Assembly: GCA_016191425.1 (NCBI GenBank)
Contig: JACPOR010000021.1
Coordinates: forward strand, 84,312 to 148,311
DNA length: 64,000 nucleotides
Direction of reading: 5' to 3'
Origin: Chloroflexota bacterium
GTDB lineage: Bacteria; Chloroflexota; Limnocylindria; Limnocylindrales; CSP1-4
Part shown: in pieces, positions 17,538-24,903 of the stretch
Layout: every line of letters starts with the position of its first letter
Position numbering within the stretch: position 1 is the stretch's first letter
Made by a program: the position numbers and the translations under genes
Notes under the pieces: generated by a model
What the model was told of the DNA's origin: nothing
Databases searched by the model: none
The model's input: only the letters and a program-made list of their open reading frames with translations

Positions 17538-19702
17538 GGATCACCCGGCTCCAAGTCTCGAACCTGCGGCGCCATCGTACCCTCGACCTGCAGCTCGATC
17601 GCGGTCTCACGGTCGTCCGCGGACCGAACGAGTCGGGCAAGACGACGCTCCAGCGGGCACTCGAACTGGCCCTGACCCGGCGCGTGACATCCGCCTCCGC
17701 CGAGATGGAGGCCATGCGGACGTGGGGCGCCACGGAGGATGACCGACCGTCCGTCAGGCTCGAATTCGAGCAGGACGAGGAAGACGGCATCCATCCCGGG
17801 ACGGTCGAGAAGGCCTTCCGGGGCGCGAAGGGCACGGTTCGCCTCGAATACGACGGCAGTGTGGTCACGGACCCCGCCCAGGCGGACCAGATCCTGGCCG
17901 AGCTGACGGGCGTTCCGACCGAGGCATTCTTCCGGTCGACGGCGTCGGTGCGCCATCACGAGATGGACGATGTCGCCCGCGACGAGAGCGCCCTGCGGGA
18001 TCGACTTCAGGCCTCGATTTCCGGTGCCGACCGCGGGACCAGCATCGCTCGCCGGAAGCTGGACAAGGCCCTCCACGATCTCAACACGAAGGGCGACAAG
18101 AACCCCGGTCGCCTGAAGGTCGCGATGACGGCAGTCGCCCAGGCCAGCGCCACGGTGGACCAGGGAGAGGCCGCACTCGCCCAATTGGAGCGGGACCGGG
18201 ATCACCTCGTCCTGGCGCACGAGCGCCGGGCCGACGCCGATGCCGGCCTCGCGGAACGCAGGTCGCTGCTCGAGAAGGCCATGCAGGCGGAGCGTCTCAT
18301 TGCCGAGCGCGCCGTTGCCCAGGAGCGCTTCGAGCGCTTCAGGACGGCGGTCTCCGTCTCCGAGGAGATCGCTGCCCTCCAGGATTCGCATCCGTCAAAG
18401 GAACCCTTGCCCGTCCTCCGCACGACCGTCGGGCGGCTCCGGGAACTCGATGCCCGGGTCCGCGAGCTCAAGGCCATCCTGTCCGGCGACGTCGACGTCC
18501 ACTTCGAACTGCGGGCACCCGAGCCGCGGAACTGGCTGCCGGTCGCTCGGGTCGCAATGCTCATGATCGGGGCCGGCATCCTGGTCGCCGGCGTGTCGGT
18601 CCTCAACGTCGTCGCCCTGCCCGGTGGACTGATCGGGCCTCTGGCGCTCGTCATCGTTGGCTTGGCCCTCGCCCTTTACGGGCGCCAGCAGCGTCTCAGG
18701 GCCACCGATATCGGACGCGAGCGCCAGCTCCGCGACGATGAGATCGATCGACGTCTCCGCGGTCGCTCGCAGCTGGAGCAGGAGCTCCAGGAACGTGACC
18801 TCGAGTTGGCGAACCAGCTCTCCGGGCTCGAGCTGCCGGATATGGCTGCCGTCGAGGCACTGCTCGCGGCCGAGGAGGCCCACGTCGCGGCGATCGATCG
18901 CCTGAGCGCCCAGCTCGATGGGCTGGTCGGTCGCGAGCCCGTCGAGACGTTGCCCGCGGTGCGTGACGCCGCGGCGCTCGAGATCGAGCAGAAGACCGGG
19001 GCGTTGGAGCACCTCGGTCCCATCGCCAAGGAGCCACGGGCCCGGGAACGGCTGGAGGTCGAAGTCCGCGACGCGGAGCGCCTCGTCGACAAGGCCCGAG
19101 ACGATGAAGCCAACGCTCGGGCGCGGGTCGAGGCGAACACCGTCGATGCCGAGGCCGTCGCCGCGCAGGCGGAGCGGCTCGAGCAGTGGCGCGAGCAGCT
19201 GGAGACGCTCCAACGGCGCACGAGGGTCTACGAGCGCACGCTCAGGGCGATCGACACCGCGGAGCGAGCGACCATGCGCAAGGCAACGCGCTACCTCGAG
19301 AAGCACATGGTCGGCGACCTCGCGCGGGTGACAAACGGTCGATATCGACGCGTCCGCGTGGACGACACGAACCTGGGCATCGAGGTCTTCGCACCCGAGC
19401 GGAACGACTGGGTCGCCGTCGAGGCGCTGTCCCAGGGGACGCTCGATGTCGTCTACCTTGCGGCTCGCATCGGACTCGTCCGGCTCGTCACCGGGGACCG
19501 ACGGCCGCCGTTGATCCTGGATGACCCGTTCGTCACGCTGGACGACACCCGCGCGACCCAGGCCCTCGAGCTGCTCAAGCGGGTCAGCGCGGACTTCCAG
19601 GTCATCTACCTGACGACCTCGGTCCGCTACGACGCCGCCGCCGACGCGGTCCAGATCCTCCAGGCGCCCACCGCCGCGGATGCCGAGCCCGCCGCCGACT
19701 GA
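17534..19702 (+). CDS. SbcC/Rad50-like AAA ATPase with central hydrophobic hairpin (YhaN-like)
   Basis: N-terminal Walker A GPNESGKTT. Long coiled-coil-like E/R/L/A-rich arms. LSQGT signature plus LILDDPFVTLD Walker B at the C-terminus. Two hydrophobic spans (VARVAMLMIGAGILVAGVSVL / LIGPLALVIVGLALALY) are encoded at about 18533..18682. Confidence 0.8.
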   Translation: MRITRLQVSNLRRHRTLDLQLDRGLTVVRGPNESGKTTLQRALELALTRRVTSASAEMEAMRTWGATEDDRPSVRLEFEQDEEDGIHPGTVEKAFRGAKGTVRLEYDGSVVTDPAQADQILAELTGVPTEAFFRSTASVRHHEMDDVARDESALRDRLQASISGADRGTSIARRKLDKALHDLNTKGDKNPGRLKVAMTAVAQASATVDQGEAALAQLERDRDHLVLAHERRADADAGLAERRSLLEKAMQAERLIAERAVAQERFERFRTAVSVSEEIAALQDSHPSKEPLPVLRTTVGRLRELDARVRELKAILSGDVDVHFELRAPEPRNWLPVARVAMLMIGAGILVAGVSVLNVVALPGGLIGPLALVIVGLALALYGRQQRLRATDIGRERQLRDDEIDRRLRGRSQLEQELQERDLELANQLSGLELPDMAAVEALLAAEEAHVAAIDRLSAQLDGLVGREPVETLPAVRDAAALEIEQKTGALEHLGPIAKEPRARERLEVEVRDAERLVDKARDDEANARARVEANTVDAEAVAAQAERLEQWREQLETLQRRTRVYERTLRAIDTAERATMRKATRYLEKHMVGDLARVTNGRYRRVRVDDTNLGIEVFAPERNDWVAVEALSQGTLDVVYLAARIGLVRLVTGDRRPPLILDDPFVTLDDTRATQALELLKRVSADFQVIYLTTSVRYDAAADAVQILQAPTAADAEPAAD

Positions 19703-19757
19703 CGCGCGGCCACGAGCGGGTCACCCGGCCCCATGCCCTCGGTCTTGGCTGGCGTTC

Positions 19758-19809
19758 GTCGTCGTCGCGCTGGTCGTCGTCGCGCTGGTCGCCGTCGCGC
19801 TGGTCGCCG
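19758..19809. repeat. 15-nt tandem repeat x3.4 (GTCGTCGCGCTGGTC)
   Basis: Units at 19761..19775, 19776..19790 and 19791..19805, plus partial flanks. It lies in the spacer between the sbcC-like stop and the YciI-like gene. Confidence 0.85.
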
Positions 19810-19890
19810 GGGGCGGGCGATGATCACCGAGTCGATGATCCACGGATCCGGGACCGCGAGCCCTCGACGCGCATCCCTGCAGGAGGTCCG

Positions 19891-20202
19891 ATGAACAGCG
19901 AGGTCAGAGGTTCCATCGAGAGGGTCTGGCATGTCGAGGCCACGTACGCCCCGGACGGGGCCGAGGCGCGCATGCCGTTTCGAGCCGAGCACATCGCGCG
20001 ATTGCAGCGCCTCAAGGCCGAGGGCACGGTCATCGAGGCCGGGGCGTTCACGGACGTCTCCTCGACCGTGATGATCATTCGGGCGTTGACCGAGGACGAG
20101 GTATGGGCGCTCGCGCGCGACGACGTCTATCTGCGGAACGGCATCTGGGTCGAGATCCGTGTCCGGCCGTTCGGTCGCGTCCGCGATCAGGCCGATGACT
20201 GA
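19891..20202 (+). CDS. YciI-like (YCII-related) small protein
   Basis: ATG preceded by CAGGAGG. WHVEATYAPDGAEARMPFRAEHIARLQRLKAEGTVIEAGAF has the YciI family pattern. Confidence 0.55.
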   Translation: MNSEVRGSIERVWHVEATYAPDGAEARMPFRAEHIARLQRLKAEGTVIEAGAFTDVSSTVMIIRALTEDEVWALARDDVYLRNGIWVEIRVRPFGRVRDQADD

Positions 20203-20681
20203 CTGAGGACCACGCGCAGGGCCGCGATCTCCGCGGGCGATCGCAGCCGGCGCACCACGGCGAACCCCTCGTTGCGCAGCAGGGCGTCGGTGATGGATCC
20301 GAGCATCTCCAGTTGCCGCGTGAGGGCCGGAGCAGGAACGACGCGCGCGATGCGTGCCGCATTCCGGTCCCGGACCAGCTCTGGCGGAAGATCCAGCACG
20401 AGCGCCACCGCGGTCGCGCCCGCCCGACCCGCTCGGTCGAGCAGGGCCCGTCGAGCCGCGGGCGTCAGGCTGGTGGCGTCGACGAGCGTTGTCTGTCCTC
20501 CGCCGAGGCGCTGCTCCAGGGTCCGATGCAGGGCCGCAAACGCGGCGCCGGTCACCGACTGGTCCGCCTCGCCGCTGCCGATCCGCGCGCGGATCGCATC
20601 CGACGAGAGGATGGCGTCGGCCGGGAAGAGGGACGTCGCCAGCGTGGACTTGCCGCTACCGGCGGGGCCGATGAGGACCAC
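20187..20681 (-). CDS. P-loop kinase-like AAA ATPase (AAA_33 / polynucleotide-kinase-like)
   Basis: (V)VLIGPAGSGKSTLA Walker A at the N-terminus, then LVDATSL (Walker B-like). GTG start. Confidence 0.65.
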   Translation of the reverse strand: MVLIGPAGSGKSTLATSLFPADAILSSDAIRARIGSGEADQSVTGAAFAALHRTLEQRLGGGQTTLVDATSLTPAARRALLDRAGRAGATAVALVLDLPPELVRDRNAARIARVVPAPALTRQLEMLGSITDALLRNEGFAVVRRLRSPAEIAALRVVLSQSSA

Positions 20682-20730
20682 GAGCGCGCCCGGCGGCAGG
20701 ATCAGCTCGGACCCATCGGTCCACGGATCG

Positions 20731-20895
20731 GGTGCACTACGCTCACGTGCGCCAGGCTCGTTCCCGCCACACTCCCCTGCGCCAGGCTTGCGCGCGCCAG
20801 GTTTGCGCCCGCCAGGCTCGGGTGCGCCACGCTCGTACCCGCCAGGCCCGTGCCCGCCAGGCTCGCACGTGCCAGGCCCGGGTGCGCTGCCGCCT
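20731..20895. repeat. degenerate 15-nt tandem repeat x11 (consensus NNNGCGCCAGGCTCG)
   Basis: Eleven consecutive 15-mers were parsed by hand, e.g. cgtgcgccaggctcg / cctgcgccaggcttg / cgcccgccaggctcg / tgcccgccaggctcg. The array fills the spacer between the Rieske stop (20896..20894) and the kinase start (20681). Confidence 0.85.
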
Positions 20896-21775
20896 ATGGC
20901 GATCTCCGGCGGGCTTCCCAGCCCCCGCCGTCACGCCTTCGCACGTCGTACACCGGTTGGTCGTAGACGGACGGCCCGCGCACGACTCGCCCATCCGACA
21001 GGCGGAATCGTGATCCGTGCCAGGGGCACGTGATCGTTCCATCGTCGACCGAACCACCCGACAGGGGCTCGCCCGCGTGGGCACACTCGTCGTGAACGGC
21101 AAGGATCCGGTCTCCGTGCCGGACGAGCGCGAGGGCATTGATCCCGAGCCTCCCCTTGACCGGTCGACCTTCCGGAATGCCCCCATGTTCGTCGAGTTCG
21201 GCCGGCTCGAGGGCGATCCACTTGGCGCTGCTGCCCCGGAATGCGTGCCGGCTGACCATGTTGCCGAAGAGATAGACGACCTGGCCGCCCACGTAGGCGC
21301 CCGCGGCCAGGATCACGAAGCCGACGACGGAGAGACCGATCGCCACGCCGCGCTCGCCGTCCGGACCGGCGCCTGCGCGGAGCGCCAGGGAACCGGCGTA
21401 GACCAGCAGAGCCGCGACCATCAGCGTGCTGTGCACGGTGGCGCGTTCGCGTGGCGTGCCGTCTGTCTGCGAGTAGTCGGCTGCCCCGGTCACCGCAGCT
21501 GCCAGCATCGTCAGGATCCCGAAGACCAGCGTGAGGTCTGCGGCAATCGGCTGCCTGATCAAGTCGAGCACCACGAGCATGAACATGATCCCGATCGGCG
21601 CATCGGTCAGCACCGAGTGGAGCGGATGGCCGAGCCACCGCCCATGGAGCAGGTCGGCGATGGCGGGGACTGGTCGAAACAGCGCCGCGAGCCATCGATG
21701 ATTGAAGTCGCCGAGTGGACGCGCCCAGCGGGCCTGGGCGGCAATCAGCCGGTCGAAAACGCGATTCATGGGCAT
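20894..21775 (-). CDS. DUF2231-type membrane domain fused to a Rieske [2Fe-2S] domain
   Basis: N-terminal membrane part HGRWLGHPLHSVLTDAPIG plus 3-4 TM helices. C-terminal CAHAGEPL...CPWHGSRF is the Rieske CxH..CxxH motif. Start ATG at 21775 or 21769; the remainder of track ORF 20894..22132 is shadow. Confidence 0.75.
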   Translation of the reverse strand: MPMNRVFDRLIAAQARWARPLGDFNHRWLAALFRPVPAIADLLHGRWLGHPLHSVLTDAPIGIMFMLVVLDLIRQPIAADLTLVFGILTMLAAAVTGAADYSQTDGTPRERATVHSTLMVAALLVYAGSLALRAGAGPDGERGVAIGLSVVGFVILAAGAYVGGQVVYLFGNMVSRHAFRGSSAKWIALEPAELDEHGGIPEGRPVKGRLGINALALVRHGDRILAVHDECAHAGEPLSGGSVDDGTITCPWHGSRFRLSDGRVVRGPSVYDQPVYDVRRRDGGGWEARRRSP

Positions 21776-22778
21776 CCGGAGTGCCCTCGTCGAGGCGGTC
21801 GTGTTCCTCGGCATGGCCCTGGCCACGGAACCGTGGCACGTTGCCGTGAGCGTTCTCCTGATCGGCTTCCAGCTCGGCAACACCGGCGTCATGCTGGCCG
21901 GCATCCGGGACGTGACCCCGAGGGTGCGGCTCGGGACGGTCATCGCGATCTTCGGAGCGTCGGGCCCGGTGGGGTTCGCCGTCGGGCCGACCCTGGCCGG
22001 AATCCTCATCGACGGGTTCGGCTGGTCGCTGAGCGGCGTGTTTGCCGTCTCGGCCGTGCTGTCCGTCGGGACCGCGCTGCTCGTCACATTCGGGTCTCGA
22101 GAGGTCAGACCCGAGGTCGTGCCCCAGGGCAAGGTCCTGACCCTCGCCTACGGTGCCGTTCGTGGCGTGCTCTCGGACCGTACCGTGCGCGGTGTCTTCC
22201 TGATCTTCGGCATCGCGTTCCTCGCCAACCAGATGTCGCGCCCGTACGTTCCCGTGGTCGTGGAAACGGTCGTTGGACGTGGCCCGGGGCTCGCCAGCGG
22301 GATCGCTCTTGTCGCGGGCACGGCTGCCCTCGCGGGCGCGCTGCTCTCACCGGCGGTCGGGGCGCTCGGGGACCGAGTCGGCTACCGGCCGATCCTGATC
22401 GGCGCGCTGCTGGTCGGAGCGTCGTCTCTCATCCTCATGCCGCTGGCGCCGCAATACGGCGGCCTCGCCCTCCTGGCGCTCGTCGCGGTGGTCCTTGCCG
22501 CAGCGATGTCGTCGATCAGCGCGATGGTTTTCGACATGCTGTCCATCGAGGTGTCGGCCGCGCGACGGTCGCAGACCCTGAATCTCGTGTATCTGCCGCT
22601 CTACGCCGCGGGGATCATCGGGCCTTCAATCGGCGGCCTCGTGGTCCAGGCGGGACTCGGGGCGCCATTCCTGGTGGGTGGGGCGTCGCTGCTCGCCGGC
22701 GCGGTGGCCGTCTTCCGGCGACACCGGCGGCCACGGGCCGACGTCGTCCGGGACCCGCACCTGACGGGTCTGGACTGA
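21768..22778 (+). CDS. MFS transporter, apparently 5'-truncated (TM1-TM2 and first motif A missing)
   Basis: From MGIRSALVEAVVFLGMALA about 10 hydrophobic spans remain. Only the second-half motif GALGDRVGYRPIL is present. The ATG at 21768 overlaps the divergent Rieske start codons. Confidence 0.6.
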   Translation: MGIRSALVEAVVFLGMALATEPWHVAVSVLLIGFQLGNTGVMLAGIRDVTPRVRLGTVIAIFGASGPVGFAVGPTLAGILIDGFGWSLSGVFAVSAVLSVGTALLVTFGSREVRPEVVPQGKVLTLAYGAVRGVLSDRTVRGVFLIFGIAFLANQMSRPYVPVVVETVVGRGPGLASGIALVAGTAALAGALLSPAVGALGDRVGYRPILIGALLVGASSLILMPLAPQYGGLALLALVAVVLAAAMSSISAMVFDMLSIEVSAARRSQTLNLVYLPLYAAGIIGPSIGGLVVQAGLGAPFLVGGASLLAGAVAVFRRHRRPRADVVRDPHLTGLD

Positions 22779-22779
22779 G

Positions 22780-23904
22780 TCAGGCGGGCAGATCGCGTTC
22801 GCCGGGGCCCGTGTAGATGGCGTCCGGACGGATCAGTCGGTTGTCGGCGGACTGCTCGAGGATGTGAGCGGTCCAGCCCGCGTGACGGGCAAGCGCGAAG
22901 GTGGCCGGGAAGAGGTCGGGACTGAGACCCACGCCCTGGAGGACAGCCGCGGCGTAGTACTCGACGTTCGTCTTGAGCGCCCGTTCGGGGTGCTTCTCGG
23001 CGAGGACCCGGAGGGCCACATCTTCGACCTTGATGGCCAGCTCCAGCCAGTCGGGCTTGTGCTCCATCGACTCGGCGACCTTGCGCAAGGCGGCTGCGCG
23101 GGGATCGTAGGCGCGGTAGACGCGGTGCCCGAAGCCCATGAGCCGTTCGCCACGCTCCACGGCATCGCGGACCCATTGCTCCGCGCGCTCCGGTGAGCCG
23201 ACCTTGTGGATCTGCTCGACGACTTCGGATGGCGCGCCGCCGTGCAGGGGTCCCTTCATAGCCCCGATCGCGCCGCAGACTGCCGAAGCCAGGTCACTCC
23301 GGGTCGACGTGATCACCCGGGCCGTGAACGTCGAGGCGTTCAGCCCGTGCTCCGCGCCGACGATGAAGTACGCATCGAGCGCCCGGGCGGTGCCAGCGTC
23401 GGGGCGTTCGCCCGTGAGCTGATAGAGGAACCCCGGGACGAGGTCGAGGTCCGGATCCGGTTCGATCGGTTCCAGACCCCGGCGAATCCTGGCGAACGCC
23501 GCCAGTGCAGATGGCGAGAAGGCCGTGAGCGCTCGGGCCTGATCCGGCGTTGCCGGCCAGTCCAGGACCTGGGTCGCGCCCCACGTCGAGACGGCGGTCC
23601 GGAGGGCGTCCATCGGCTTGGCGGCTCTTGGCAACGAACGCAGGGCCGTCATCACGGCCGGCGGGACCGGGGCGGTCGGAAGATGGTGACTGGGCATCCA
23701 GTCACCGGTCCAGAGCAGGTTGGCAACGGCGGGGTACGTGCCGTGTTCGACGAGGTCGCCGATCCGATAGCCCCGATACGTGAGGCGACCGGCCGCGCCG
23801 TCGACGTAACCGAGGGCGGTCTCGGCAGCCGGCACGCCCTCGAGGCCCGGGGAGTAGGGATACGCGGTCGTCGCGGCGGGCGCCGTCGCTGTCCTGTCGT
23901 TCAT
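22780..23904 (-). CDS. citrate synthase (small, type I-like)
   Basis: GLEGVPAAETALGYVDGAAGRLTYRGY, GPLHGGA, GFGHRVY and ALARHAGW motifs. Confidence 0.9.
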   Translation of the reverse strand: MNDRTATAPAATTAYPYSPGLEGVPAAETALGYVDGAAGRLTYRGYRIGDLVEHGTYPAVANLLWTGDWMPSHHLPTAPVPPAVMTALRSLPRAAKPMDALRTAVSTWGATQVLDWPATPDQARALTAFSPSALAAFARIRRGLEPIEPDPDLDLVPGFLYQLTGERPDAGTARALDAYFIVGAEHGLNASTFTARVITSTRSDLASAVCGAIGAMKGPLHGGAPSEVVEQIHKVGSPERAEQWVRDAVERGERLMGFGHRVYRAYDPRAAALRKVAESMEHKPDWLELAIKVEDVALRVLAEKHPERALKTNVEYYAAAVLQGVGLSPDLFPATFALARHAGWTAHILEQSADNRLIRPDAIYTGPGERDLPA

Positions 23905-24010
23905 GAAGGGATGGTAGTCGCGCCGGTGGATTCGCGGAGTGCCATAGGTCCCGTCCGGCGGCGCCCATTGGGCGTGGCATGGTCCTGCTCGACGACGTCC
24001 CAGTCGCCCC

Positions 24011-24076
24011 GTGGGCTCTCCGCGCCCGGTTCAAGGAACGCCGATAGGCGTGGGCTCTCCGCGCCCGATTTCAAGG
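24011..24076. repeat. 39-nt direct repeat x1.7 (GTGGGCTCTCCGCGCCCGRTTCAAGG core)
   Basis: Copies at 24011..24036 and 24050..24076. Confidence 0.75.
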
Positions 24077-24086
24077 CGGCGCGGAA

Positions 24087-24147
24087 CGGCACTCCCGCGC
24101 CGACGCGGATCGGCACTCCCGCGCCGACGCGGATCGGCACTCCCGCC
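24087..24147. repeat. 24-nt tandem repeat x2.5 (CGGCACTCCCGCGCCGACGCGGAT)
   Basis: Two perfect units at 24087..24110 and 24111..24134, plus a partial third. Confidence 0.9.
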
Positions 24148-24262
24148 ATTGCGGAGGAGATCGTGGCCAGCAGCGCGACCCTCGAAGCCGCCATCAGCCC
24201 GGTGCGCCGCCGTCCATGGCGGACGGAGCGCCTGCGAGGCTTCCGGACGCCGTGTGATCTTG

Positions 24263-24298
24263 CTTCTGTCGACTGACTGACTTCTGTCGACTGACTGA
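24263..24298. repeat. 18-nt tandem repeat x2 (CTTCTGTCGACTGACTGA)
   Basis: Two perfect adjacent copies. Confidence 0.9.
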
Positions 24299-24347
24299 TC
24301 CAGCCCTTCGCGCATCCCGCCGTTCGTGAATGCCGGCCGCGGGACGG

Positions 24348-24773
24348 TCAGTGGACGGCATCACCCTCGAGGGCACGGATCCGCCCGGCGAGCCCCTCCA
24401 GGATCTGAAGACGCAGTGCCGGCTGCTCGTCCATCAACGAGTGGAACTCGCGGTGGCCCAGAACCAGGAGGCGGCATGGCTCGGTCGTCGTTACGGTGGC
24501 CGTCCGCGGGCCCTCGGAGAGCAGGGCGATCTCGCCGATGACATCACCGGGCCCCCGGTCGGCGATGGCGATGCCGTTGCGCTCGACACGCACTCCACCG
24601 CTCGCCAGGACGAACACCTCGCCGCCCAGGTGCCCCTGCTGCATCAGTACCCGGCCGGCAGGAACATCAACCTCATCGAACAACTGGCCGAGGCGCTGGA
24701 GTTCGCGCGAGTCGAGACGAGCGAACAGCGGGATCGACTTGAGCAAGGCGAGCTTCGGGTCTGCGGGCGCCAT
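24348..24773 (-). CDS. cyclic nucleotide-binding domain protein (stand-alone cNMP domain)
   Basis: ATG at 24773 after GAGGAGCGAGA. LFARLDSRELQRL...GEVFVLASG...GEIALLSEGPRTATV is the canonical cNMP-binding signature. The upstream part of the track ORF is shadow. Confidence 0.8.
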   Translation of the reverse strand: MAPADPKLALLKSIPLFARLDSRELQRLGQLFDEVDVPAGRVLMQQGHLGGEVFVLASGGVRVERNGIAIADRGPGDVIGEIALLSEGPRTATVTTTEPCRLLVLGHREFHSLMDEQPALRLQILEGLAGRIRALEGDAVH

Positions 24774-24903
24774 TCTCGCTCCTCGACGTACGGATCCAGG
24801 CCATCGGCGGTGTCCGCAGGATAGCGGTTCGATTCGTGAAGGGGAAGCCAGTCGCTGGCCTCGGAGCCAGACGCTGATCACGGCGGACCGGCCAGCCTGA
24901 ACG

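Noticed and set aside
19755-19823. Hydrophobic mini-ORF FVVVALVVVALVAVALVAGGGR encoded by the 15-nt repeat.
   Set aside because: There is no ATG, GTG or TTG in frame between the sbcC-like stop and the peptide. It is treated as a non-coding repeat.
20731-20895. The tandem arrays here and at 41590, 42831, 45062, 48534, 54817, 59585 and 61759 as possible CRISPR arrays.
   Set aside because: Units are directly adjacent with no unique spacers and are only 15-22 nt long. No cas genes are in the window.
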